In this document: positions 1 through 7,291 of the stretch, one piece after another | Layout of the letters: every line of letters starts with the position of its first letter | Position numbering within the stretch: position 1 is the stretch's first letter | Origin: a virus | Taxonomy: Duplodnaviria; Caudoviricetes | Length of the DNA: 25,310 nucleotides | IMG/VR virus record: IMGVR_UViG_3300017911_000527 | Location: 1 to 25,310 of that record | Strand: one strand, 5' to 3' | Made by a program: the position numbers and the translations under genes | Notes under the pieces: generated by a model | Databases searched by the model: none | The model's input: only the letters and a program-made list of their open reading frames with translations | What the model was told of the DNA's origin: nothing

Positions 1-96
1 GGTAATGACAGAGACGAAATTGAGTTCAACCTCAAGAAAAACTTAAAAGAGTGGGGCATAGCTCCACGGAAGATTGGCTTACCATCTAACTGGTAG
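1..96 (+). CDS. C-terminal end of a probable tail-associated protein (5' partial)
   Basis: Frame 1 is open from the window edge (GNDRDEIEFNLKKNLKEWGIAPRKIGLPSNW*) and lies upstream of the tail/lysis genes. Confidence 0.5.
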   Translation, partial: GNDRDEIEFNLKKNLKEWGIAPRKIGLPSNW

Positions 97-141
97 TCTA
101 ATTACGGACAAGGATGTCCTCAACTTTAAGAGGATATATAA

Positions 142-699
142 ATGACAAAGGCAAGAGATATTGCTGATAATAACTTAAGCTCATACTTAACAGAATACTC
201 AACACTAAACCCAGCTAAGTTAGACACAACTGGTACAATCCCTTCGGAACTGCTTGCGGATGTTGGGGGTGGTAAGGTGTTACAAGTTATTGAAGGATCG
301 ACTAATGCTGAATCATCTACAGGTACTTCTACATCTCAAGTAGATACCAACTTAACAGCATCAATAACACCAACAAACGAAAACAATAACCTTTTAGTTT
401 TTGTACACCAAGGTCTTACAAAGTTTAACGGTCATACCGCTTCTAAGTGTACAGTTAGACTATTACAAGATGGACTGGAACAGGCTTGTTTTGGTGATAT
501 GATCGGACACAACGATGCTGCTCAAAGGGAATACACACACGTTAGCGGTACGCATTTTGGTGTAGCTGGGACTACCAACCAAATTACCTTTAAGACAACA
601 ATTCAAAGTAGTGATGGTGGTAATTGGGTCGCTGGAGCGCAAGCAACTGGGACACAGCAATCAAAACAATCAATAGTGATATTTGAAATCGCAGCATAA
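142..699 (+). CDS. Tail fibre-related / virion structural protein
   Basis: SD GAGGA upstream; N-terminal MTKARDIA, 'GGGKVLQV' motif and C-terminal 'SIVIFEIAA', as recalled from small tail proteins of marine podophages; T/S/G-rich; precedes the lysis cassette. Confidence 0.6.
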   Translation: MTKARDIADNNLSSYLTEYSTLNPAKLDTTGTIPSELLADVGGGKVLQVIEGSTNAESSTGTSTSQVDTNLTASITPTNENNNLLVFVHQGLTKFNGHTASKCTVRLLQDGLEQACFGDMIGHNDAAQREYTHVSGTHFGVAGTTNQITFKTTIQSSDGGNWVAGAQATGTQQSKQSIVIFEIAA

Positions 700-709
700 A
701 GGATAAACA

Positions 710-931
710 ATGGAAGAACTAAAACCACGAATTGACCGCTTAGAGTGGCGTGTAGATTCACACTCGGAGCAGTTGACTCGACTCAACCAACAGACAGCAG
801 ACCTCAAAGTTGAGCTAAATAATATTAATAAATCGCTCATGCAAATAAAGTGGATTGCTGTAGGTGGGGCTATCGTCCTCGCTGGTCAATCTATGGGACT
901 AGGAAACTTCTTTAAACTTATAGGAGTGTAG
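710..931 (+). CDS. Coiled-coil + C-terminal TM protein (XhlA-like / holin-associated)
   Basis: Heptad-like N-terminus (RIDRLE..LTRLNQQTADLKVELNNI) followed by hydrophobic IKWIAVGGAIVLAG; first gene of the lysis cassette. Confidence 0.55.
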   Translation: MEELKPRIDRLEWRVDSHSEQLTRLNQQTADLKVELNNINKSLMQIKWIAVGGAIVLAGQSMGLGNFFKLIGV

Positions 932-932
932 T

Positions 933-1325
933 ATGTTAGGCGTAACAGACTTGATTGCTGGTATCTTTAAACCAGCAGCTCACCTCATTGATGAATTACA
1001 TACAAGTGAGGACGAGCGTTTAAAAGCAAAAGGGCATCTACTCGATGTTCAAGCTGCTGCAATGCAACGTGTGTTTGACTACGAAACTTCTCGTATCGAA
1101 GGACAACAAAAGATTGTCCAAGCGGAAGCTAAAAGCGAACACTTTATCGTAGCTGCGTGGAGACCTATTACAATGTTAACCTTTCTCGCACTTGCTGTAG
1201 GCGATACCTTCGGGTTCTTCGCTACGCCCCTTCGTGATGAAGCGTGGACGTTACTACAGCTAGGCTTAGGCGGTTACGTAGTAGGACGTAGTGGTGAAAA
1301 GATTGCAAAGGTGATGAAGGGATGA
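933..1325 (+). CDS. Holin (3TM / GTA-type holin-like)
   Basis: 'EAKS..F..AWRP' motif, hydrophobic segments and 'LGLGGYVVGRSGEK' C-terminal motif; ATGA overlap with the endolysin. Confidence 0.75.
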   Translation: MLGVTDLIAGIFKPAAHLIDELHTSEDERLKAKGHLLDVQAAAMQRVFDYETSRIEGQQKIVQAEAKSEHFIVAAWRPITMLTFLALAVGDTFGFFATPLRDEAWTLLQLGLGGYVVGRSGEKIAKVMKG

Positions 1326-1666
1326 AATATTTCAGCTTATACGAATTTAATTGTTCGTTCACAGGCAACAACGAGATGACTGATGAGTTTCTAGAAAAGA
1401 TAGACGCTCTTCGTGAAGCTTGTGGTTTCCCTTTCCACATCACAAGTGGTTATCGAGACCCTGTAGGACATCCTATAGAGGCTAAGAAAACCAGAGCTGG
1501 CACTCATGCACAAGGCATAGCTGCCGATATACAAGTAGTTAACGGAGTACAGAAGTATAAGATCATCGAAGAAGCTATTAAACTTGGCTTCAACGGTATT
1601 GGCGTGGCTGACACGTTCATTCATGTCGATCTTAGAGATTCTCTTCCAGTAGTTTGGAGTTATTAA
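1322..1666 (+). CDS. Endolysin, peptidase M15 family (D-Ala-D-Ala peptidase fold)
   Basis: Motifs YF..EF.C, ITSGYR, H..G.AADI, GIG...FIHVD.R. Confidence 0.9.
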   Translation: MKYFSLYEFNCSFTGNNEMTDEFLEKIDALREACGFPFHITSGYRDPVGHPIEAKKTRAGTHAQGIAADIQVVNGVQKYKIIEEAIKLGFNGIGVADTFIHVDLRDSLPVVWSY

Positions 1667-1872
1667 TGGATAATAAAATATTAGAAGAGTTGCACGAAAG
1701 TGTAGCTAAAGAATTACTAGCAAAAGTAAAGTCAGGTGAAGCAACTGCATCAGAATTGTCGGTTGCAACAAAGTTTCTCAAGGATAACGGAGCAGTAAAC
1801 GAAGTTATTACCGCAGAGTCTCCTATGGCAAACTTATTGGAGGCATTACCGTTTGAGGAGATGTCCCATTGA
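1666..1872 (+). CDS. terS: Terminase small subunit (T7 gp18-like)
   Basis: 'LEELHESVAKELLAKVKSGEATASELSVATKFLKDNG' is a gp18-type signature; start moved to ATG 1666 (TAATG overlap with the endolysin stop). Confidence 0.85.
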   Translation: MDNKILEELHESVAKELLAKVKSGEATASELSVATKFLKDNGAVNEVITAESPMANLLEALPFEEMSH

Positions 1873-2090
1873 GAAACTACAAAAAAGAATACGCAAACTA
1901 CCACAGTAAACCTGAACAAAGAAAAAAGCGCAGCAATAGAAACAAGGCTAGACGTTTAATGATAAAAGCAAAGGGTTCTGCTGCGGTAGCTGGTAAGGAT
2001 GTAGATCATAAGGACAGGAACGCTAATAACAATGCTACTTCAAACTTAAGAATTGCAAGTAGATCACAGAATAGGAGTAGAAATGGCTAA
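1869..2090 (+). CDS. Small HNH endonuclease
   Basis: R.YKKEY..YH N-terminus and DVDHKDRN..NN..SNLR....QNR HNH motif; TTG start overlapping the terS stop. Confidence 0.85.
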   Translation: MRNYKKEYANYHSKPEQRKKRSNRNKARRLMIKAKGSAAVAGKDVDHKDRNANNNATSNLRIASRSQNRSRNG

Positions 2091-2211
2091 ACGAGGATTG
2101 TACGCAAACATTAATGCAAGAAAAAAGAAAGGCATTAGCCGATCTAAAAAGAACTCTACAATATCACCTAAAGCTTACGCTAAATTAAAGATTGGGTTTA
2201 AGAAAAAATGA
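2083..2211 (+). CDS. Small Lys/Arg-rich hypothetical protein (42 aa; not in ORF track)
   Basis: MAKRGLYANINARKKKGISRSKKNSTISPKAYAKLKIGFKKK*; SD AGGAG; ATGA overlap with the next gene. Confidence 0.75.
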   Translation: MAKRGLYANINARKKKGISRSKKNSTISPKAYAKLKIGFKKK

Positions 2212-2447
2212 GTAAGTTTGCAGATTTGAAGATAAATAAACCAAAACGCACCCCCAGCCATCCAACCAAATCTCACATCGTAAAGACCAAAGTAAACGGT
2301 AAGGAAAAGATTATTAGGTTTGGAGAGCAAGGGGCTAAAACTAACCAAAGCGCAGCACAGCGCAAATCTTTTAAAGCCCGACATAGAAAGAACATCGCTA
2401 AAGGTAAATCTTCAGCGGCTTGGTGGGCGAATAAGGTGAAGTGGTGA
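2208..2447 (+). CDS. Conserved basic hypothetical phage protein
   Basis: NKPKRTP.HPTKSH.V...IIRFG.QG....RKSFKARH....SAAWWANKVKW pattern recalled from aquatic phages; overlaps the upstream ORF. Confidence 0.75.
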   Translation: MSKFADLKINKPKRTPSHPTKSHIVKTKVNGKEKIIRFGEQGAKTNQSAAQRKSFKARHRKNIAKGKSSAAWWANKVKW

Positions 2448-2451
2448 CACT

Positions 2452-4122
2452 ATGGAAAAGATACCAGAGCAACTTAAAGACTTCCGCAACTTTATGTTCA
2501 TTGTTTGGAAGCATCTTAACTTGCCTGAGCCAACTCCAGTACAATATGATATTGCAGATTACATACAAAAAGCCCCGAAGAGGGCAATCATTGAAGCATT
2601 TCGTGGTGTAGGTAAGTCCTATATCACAGCAGCTTTTGTCGTTCACCAGCTTCTACTTGATCCACAGAAGAAGTTCATGGTTGTGTCAGCTAGTAAACAG
2701 AGGGCTGACGATTTCTCGACATTCACTCAACGCTTAATTCTAGAACTCCCAATATGTCAACACCTTATAGCAAAAGAAGGACAGAGGTGGAGTAAGATTG
2801 CGTTTGACGTAAGACCCGCACTGGCTAGTGGTAGCCCTTCTGTTAAATCAGTAGGTATCACAGGTCAGTTGACGGGCAGTCGTGCAGATATAATCATTGC
2901 GGATGACATCGAAGTACCTAACAACTCGATGACACAGATGATGAGGGAGAAACTAAGCGAAGCCGTTAAGGAATTTGATGCTGTTCTAAAACCTGACGGT
3001 AAAATACTCTATCTTGGTACGCCCCAATGCGAAATGAGTCTTTATAATACACTCACAGAGCGTGGTTATCAGATGAGAGTCTGGACAGCACGTTACCCTA
3101 CCATAGAAGGCGCAGAAAAGGCGTATGGGAATCGTTTAGCACCTACCCTATGGGATGCTATGCACGAAGCAGAAGAGCCGTTAGACGGCAAACCAGTCGA
3201 TCCTAAGCGATTTACTGATGAGGATTTGCTGGAACGGGAGCTATCTTATGGACGCTCAGGGTTTGCTTTACAGTTTATGTTAGACACAAGCTTATCTGAC
3301 ACCGACAGATACCCACTTAAATTATCTGATTTAATGGTTATGTCGATTGATAAGGATAAAGCACCCGAGAAGCTCATATATGGCGTTTTCAAGGAGGTTA
3401 AAGACCTACCTAATGTGGGGCTAGGGGGTGACAAGTATTACGCCCCAGAATCCATTATAGGAGACTACGTGGACTATGACGGTTCAGTGTTAGTTATTGA
3501 CCCCTCTGGTAGAGGTCAGGATGAAACAGCCTATGCTGTCGTTAAGATGCTTAATGGTTACTTATATGTAGCAGACTGTGGTGGTATAGCTGGCGGTTAT
3601 AGTGAAGCTACACTAACGAAGTTATCTAACTTAGCGAAGGAACATAAGGTTAATGTTGTACTCATTGAGAGTAACTTTGGTGACGGTATGTTCACAGAGC
3701 TGCTTAAACCTATAATAAGAAAGATATATCCTGTAACAATGGAAGAGGTACGTCATAGTAAGCAGAAAGAACTGCGTATCATAGACACCTTAGAGCCTGT
3801 TATGAATCAGCACAAGCTCATCATAGACCCTAAAGTTATCCAAAAGGATTACGATAGCGTACAGCACCATCCCCCTGAGAAAGCTCAGAGGTATATGTTA
3901 ACGTACCAAATGACTCGCATCACTAAGACAAGAGGTGCATTAGCCCATGACGATAGACTAGATGCTCTAGCGATGGGTGTAGCATACTGGGTAGAACAGA
4001 TGGCAGCAGATGCGGATGCTGAGATGAAAGACAGGCAGGAACAGCTACTAATGGATGAGTTAGATAAGTTTGTTAATGGACATAATACAGCAGGAAGAGG
4101 TAGTAGTATGAGGTGGATGTAA
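2452..4122 (+). CDS. terL: Terminase large subunit (T7 gp19-like)
   Basis: Walker A AFRGVGKS, Walker B IIIADD, 'LGTPQ', nuclease DPSGRG.DE, ESNFGDGMF and HDDRLDALA motifs. Confidence 0.97.
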   Translation: MEKIPEQLKDFRNFMFIVWKHLNLPEPTPVQYDIADYIQKAPKRAIIEAFRGVGKSYITAAFVVHQLLLDPQKKFMVVSASKQRADDFSTFTQRLILELPICQHLIAKEGQRWSKIAFDVRPALASGSPSVKSVGITGQLTGSRADIIIADDIEVPNNSMTQMMREKLSEAVKEFDAVLKPDGKILYLGTPQCEMSLYNTLTERGYQMRVWTARYPTIEGAEKAYGNRLAPTLWDAMHEAEEPLDGKPVDPKRFTDEDLLERELSYGRSGFALQFMLDTSLSDTDRYPLKLSDLMVMSIDKDKAPEKLIYGVFKEVKDLPNVGLGGDKYYAPESIIGDYVDYDGSVLVIDPSGRGQDETAYAVVKMLNGYLYVADCGGIAGGYSEATLTKLSNLAKEHKVNVVLIESNFGDGMFTELLKPIIRKIYPVTMEEVRHSKQKELRIIDTLEPVMNQHKLIIDPKVIQKDYDSVQHHPPEKAQRYMLTYQMTRITKTRGALAHDDRLDALAMGVAYWVEQMAADADAEMKDRQEQLLMDELDKFVNGHNTAGRGSSMRWM

Positions 4123-4144
4123 CCCTAGGGTTTCTGCGGGTTTG

Positions 4145-4163
4145 CTCTAACCTTCCCCTATAG
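4145..4163 (+). promoter_or_regulatory. Phage RNAP promoter (right-end, phiOR-like position)
   Basis: CTCTAACCTTCCCCTATAG(GAGA), a 17/19 match to the copies at 13769 and 22098; ends in T7-like CTATA+G; just after terL. Confidence 0.8.
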
Positions 4164-4184
4164 GAGACCCCCGCCCCCTTTGAC

Positions 4185-4200
4185 ATATACTATAGTATAT
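4185..4200. repeat. Perfect 16-bp palindrome ATATACTATAGTATAT
   Basis: Self-complementary; extends as CTTTGA..TCAAAG with a 2-nt bulge. Confidence 0.85.
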
Positions 4201-4256
4201 CAAAGCCTGTCTTGAGGACGGTGAGGGATCACCACCCCCAACCTCCTTATTTAATG

Positions 4257-4317
4257 AATTAAGACCCCCTAGAACTTGCACTGGGATTCGCTACCTTTGT
4301 CTAGGGGTGTCTTAATT
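4257..4317. repeat. Long inverted repeat in the terminal non-coding region
   Basis: AATTAAGACCCCCTAGA (4257-4273) / TCTAGGGGTGTCTTAATT (4300-4317), one bulge, 26-nt loop. Confidence 0.8.
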
Positions 4318-4397
4318 TTGACCAAAAAATCTGAGGTGGTATACGTGAACCCCAGCGTCCGAAAAATCCCCCGTGGCGGGTAGGTGATCGAGCGGGT

Positions 4398-4418
4398 CAG
4401 GACACAAGGCAGGACACA
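4398..4418 (-). repeat. Tandem CAGGACACA repeats (reverse complement of the attP-flanking motif)
   Basis: CAGGACACA at 4398-4406 and 4410-4418; 4398-4408 is the exact reverse complement of 11071-11081. Confidence 0.7.
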
Positions 4419-4553
4419 TTGTGATAGTACTGCCGCCAGCCAGCTGGGATTGCTCAGGATTAAATATCCTATATTGCAGGATTTTGGTGCTGGTCTTGCT
4501 ACTCTCTATTACGTGTATGTGTGTATGTGTCTGTTTATCTATTTTTTTGCTAA

Positions 4554-4618
4554 CGTGACCAAAACGTCACTTTGGGTCACTCGAAGTTTTTGACAATGTG
4601 AAACCTCGCTGGCAATCT
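4554..4618 (+). promoter_or_regulatory. Early sigma70-like promoter 1 with upstream palindromic box
   Basis: CGTGACC-N14-GGTCACTC (4554-4582); TTGACA 4590-4595; 17 bp; TGn-CAATCT 4613-4618; upstream of the first early gene. Confidence 0.7.
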
Positions 4619-4656
4619 GTAAACGAATTTAACGACAACGCCTACGGAGGCACATT

Positions 4657-4953
4657 ATGATTACTACTACTAAACAGATCGCTACTTACCGTATCCTTTC
4701 AGAAGCATTCAATAAGCAGATGGCAATGGACTACATGGAAGAGAGATGCAAGTTTGAAAGTGATGACAACCTAGAAGTACTGAACAAGGCAATGCCTGAG
4801 TACATTGCAGGATGGGTTGTGAACAAGGTCAATGAGATAGTCGAAGAGATGACAGCCGACAACGGCATCAGCGTTAACTGGAGCGTCTACAATGCTGACT
4901 ATCTTAAGGATGCCTTCGGGAGCTGGTACAAACTTGGACGCAAGGAGGCGTAG
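4657..4953 (+). CDS. Early hypothetical protein
   Basis: SD GGAGG; first ORF after promoter 1. Confidence 0.8.
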   Translation: MITTTKQIATYRILSEAFNKQMAMDYMEERCKFESDDNLEVLNKAMPEYIAGWVVNKVNEIVEEMTADNGISVNWSVYNADYLKDAFGSWYKLGRKEA

Positions 4954-4958
4954 TCACC

Positions 4959-5276
4959 ATGAGTATTCTTAAGAAGATCAAACAAGCTAGAGCGGAGTGC
5001 CGTGCTAGTGTTGAAACTTGGAAGGAGTATCCAATATTGAGGTGCGGAGGTTGGGTACTCCGTGCCGAGTACAATGACGATATAGTCGGTGAGTCTTTCG
5101 GCAACGGAGCAGTAACGCTGAAAGAAATAAACGCTTTTAAGGATGATCCAGTATATTCAGAGGCTACTAACTTTTGGATTGAGGGTCAGTATGAAGCTCA
5201 CAGCCACATCAGCCACTACCACGAAGACTTCGATATTAACTATGACGGAGTAGAGTATTGGTCAGTGGATTTGTAG
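4959..5276 (+). CDS. Early hypothetical protein
   Basis: SD AAGGAGG; acidic C-terminal half. Confidence 0.8.
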   Translation: MSILKKIKQARAECRASVETWKEYPILRCGGWVLRAEYNDDIVGESFGNGAVTLKEINAFKDDPVYSEATNFWIEGQYEAHSHISHYHEDFDINYDGVEYWSVDL

Positions 5277-5279
5277 AGG

Positions 5280-5345
5280 CGTGACCAGTTTTGCCATCTT
5301 GGTCACTCAGAGTTATGGATTTTTCTTCCAAGGATGGAATAAGAT
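5280..5345 (+). promoter_or_regulatory. Early sigma70-like promoter 2 with upstream palindromic box
   Basis: CGTGACC-N14-GGTCACTC (5280-5308); weak -35 TGGATT 5316-5321; 18 bp; -10 TAAGAT 5340-5345. Confidence 0.6.
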
Positions 5346-5399
5346 GGCAGTGTTGTTTGTTTACTCAATGTTCTTATTGATTTTTTTGGAGTTACTATC

Positions 5400-5573
5400 G
5401 TGAAAGAAGATATTCATTTGCAGTTAGAATTGCGCGACGATGCTGGTGAGGTTGTCAAAGAGCTTCTAGGTTTTGATGTTGTGTTGCGCGTTGGTGAAGA
5501 TGGCAAGTATAGCCACTTCGAGTTAGTTAACTATGATGACGGTCAAGAGATCGTTGCTGTTGTTGATCTTTAG
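5400..5573 (+). CDS. Small acidic early protein (57 aa; not in ORF track)
   Basis: GTG start after GGAG; MKEDIHLQLELRDDAGEVVKELLGFDVVLRVGEDGKYSHFELVNYDDGQEIVAVVDL*. Confidence 0.75.
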   Translation: MKEDIHLQLELRDDAGEVVKELLGFDVVLRVGEDGKYSHFELVNYDDGQEIVAVVDL

Positions 5574-5579
5574 GAGGTA

Positions 5580-5810
5580 ATGATGGAAGACTTGAAACTT
5601 GATCCAAACAAACCAGTTAAGGTTGTTCAGAAACTGTATGCCAACACTCAATGGGAAGCGAAACAGGTTGCCGTTAAGTTTTGGAACATACCTAAGAAGA
5701 AACAACACTTGATGGCAGTCGAGCCAGCCTACAGTGAGGATGATGTGTTTGAAGGTTGGTTGGTATTCATGAACGGTGTTGAGATGCTGGAGGTGTACTA
5801 TGCTGAGTAA
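5580..5810 (+). CDS. Early hypothetical protein
   Basis: SD AGGAGGT; tightly packed. Confidence 0.75.
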   Translation: MMEDLKLDPNKPVKVVQKLYANTQWEAKQVAVKFWNIPKKKQHLMAVEPAYSEDDVFEGWLVFMNGVEMLEVYYAE

Positions 5811-6012
5811 GAAAGAGCTTTACCAGCTTGACTCAATGTTGAGCTATGACGCTGAGCTGTTCCGTAAGGCATACGCTCAGGCTGACGGGGATGACGTTGA
5901 GGTTGCGCTCACTGCGCTCCTTGGCGGCTTCTTAGATTATGACGGGAGGCGCACTATTCAGGAGTTCGTGGTGCGTCAGCTGAAACTTTTGAGTGAGGAG
6001 GCAGGACAATGA
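5800..6012 (+). CDS. Early hypothetical protein
   Basis: Start moved to ATG 5800 (SD GGAGGT); MLSKKELYQLD... Confidence 0.75.
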   Translation: MLSKKELYQLDSMLSYDAELFRKAYAQADGDDVEVALTALLGGFLDYDGRRTIQEFVVRQLKLLSEEAGQ

Positions 6013-6221
6013 GGTACAAACCTACTGAGTTAAGTGGTGGCAAGTGGGCAGTGAGTGCTGGCAATAGTAACTACTTTGCCGCCTCTGTTGTTGACACTGA
6101 AGAGGAGGCGAAGCGCGAAGCCTACATCTACAGTTACCGTTGGTTGCTGTTCAAGATGGAAGATATGGTTGATGACTACGCTGAAGAGTACGGTGAGAAC
6201 CTGAAGGAGGATGCGCTATGA
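6009..6221 (+). CDS. Early hypothetical protein
   Basis: ATGA overlaps at both ends; SD upstream. Confidence 0.75.
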   Translation: MRYKPTELSGGKWAVSAGNSNYFAASVVDTEEEAKREAYIYSYRWLLFKMEDMVDDYAEEYGENLKEDAL

Positions 6222-6436
6222 TCTACCTAGCGGCTGATGAGTGGGAGGCGAATCAGATGGCAGTAAATCTGCTGGGTTTGCCTCGTGGGTTGCGTAACAA
6301 GATCGAGCTAGTGCCAATCGGGTATGGATACCCTAAGAGTGCTGGGTGGGATGTCTACTACGAGAGTCCTGAACCAGTGTTCAAGATATACAAAAGGAGC
6401 GACAGCCTAGCGTCCATCAAGGTTTACGAGGCGTGA
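6218..6436 (+). CDS. Early hypothetical protein
   Basis: SD AAGGAGG; ATGA overlap. Confidence 0.75.
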   Translation: MIYLAADEWEANQMAVNLLGLPRGLRNKIELVPIGYGYPKSAGWDVYYESPEPVFKIYKRSDSLASIKVYEA

Positions 6437-6496
6437 CCGTTCTTTGAGATTGGGTCACTCTTTGGGGTTGTACGGAGTGACCATTTCTGAGAGAAT
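6432..6496 (+). promoter_or_regulatory. Early sigma70-like promoter 3 with upstream palindromic box
   Basis: CGTGACC-N14-GGTCACTC (6432-6460); TTGTAC 6468-6473; 17 bp; TGn-GAGAAT 6491-6496; extra half-site GAGTGACC at 6475-6482. Confidence 0.65.
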
Positions 6497-6538
6497 GCAA
6501 TTGTTCTTTTGTTTTTATTCATTTTTTTGGAGGTTGTT

Positions 6539-6823
6539 ATGTTTGTTGAGATACGTGGTATTGATGATTTCAAGGAAGCTTTGGGTTACGTAGCTAAGTA
6601 TTACAGCTACGAGGCACTTGAGGAGCTTTACGAGATATACGAAGACCAAGACCCTGACGGTGTGATTGATATGGAAGAGGTTAACGCTCGCTGGGCTGAG
6701 TACAAGAGCGGATACGATGCTGCCCTTGATTATGGCTACGACAACGTCAAGGACTTCATGGCTGGCTACGAGGGTTTTGTCCTTGGTCTTGAGAACGGTA
6801 ACTACCTAGTGGAGATGGTGTAA
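6539..6823 (+). CDS. Highly acidic early protein (possible DNA-mimic type)
   Basis: Start moved to ATG 6539 (SD GGAGGT); 'YSYEALEELYE...WAEY'; strongly D/E-rich. Confidence 0.75.
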   Translation: MFVEIRGIDDFKEALGYVAKYYSYEALEELYEIYEDQDPDGVIDMEEVNARWAEYKSGYDAALDYGYDNVKDFMAGYEGFVLGLENGNYLVEMV

Positions 6824-6963
6824 TGACTAGACCAAGATTTTATGAGCTTTGCGCTCAATATTACTTAGACCCAGCAGTTGCTCTTGAGAATGACGATGTG
6901 GTTAAGGCTTTAGAAAACAGAGACGATGCGGAAGTTGAACGCATCTTATTGGAGGAGTTTTAA
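6823..6963 (+). CDS. Small early protein (46 aa; not in ORF track)
   Basis: TAATG overlap, SD GGAG; MTRPRFYELCAQYYLDPAVALENDDVVKALENRDDAEVERILLEEF*. Confidence 0.75.
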   Translation: MTRPRFYELCAQYYLDPAVALENDDVVKALENRDDAEVERILLEEF

Positions 6964-7290
6964 ATGAACTACGAATTGCAAAACAGAAAAGTGGAGGCGG
7001 AGCGTTTGATGGCGAAGCTTCCTGAGCTTGAGATTGTCTTCTACAGCAACGGTGAGTGGCACGATGGCAAAGCCAAGCCCAAAGCGTGGGTCAACGATGA
7101 CGGTTACTTGATGCTGAGTGCCGAAGATGGTAGCGGGTTCATCGACTACTACAACGAAGCCAGCTACGAGCTTGGTCTTCCTGACGCTGATGACCCTTAC
7201 ATAAACCCTCAGCTGGTCAAGTTCGCTGAGGACAACGGTTACTACTGGGAGTGGGATAGCCCAGCCGCAGTAGTTTTGATGGAGGTTTAG
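6964..7290 (+). CDS. Acidic early hypothetical protein
   Basis: SD GGAGGAG; SAEDG..FIDYY and 'GYYWEW' motifs. Confidence 0.8.
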   Translation: MNYELQNRKVEAERLMAKLPELEIVFYSNGEWHDGKAKPKAWVNDDGYLMLSAEDGSGFIDYYNEASYELGLPDADDPYINPQLVKFAEDNGYYWEWDSPAAVVLMEV

Positions 7291-7291
7291 G

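Noticed and set aside
4384-4593. 69-aa ORF from the ORF track
   Set aside because: No clear SD, low-complexity translation, and it overlaps repeat and promoter elements of the terminal region.
4554-6460. CRISPR array or integron attC cassettes from the GTGACC..GGTCAC repeats
   Set aside because: Only three copies 0.7-1.2 kb apart, each tied to a promoter and covering several genes; no constant repeat-spacer period and no attC-type GTTRRRY ends.
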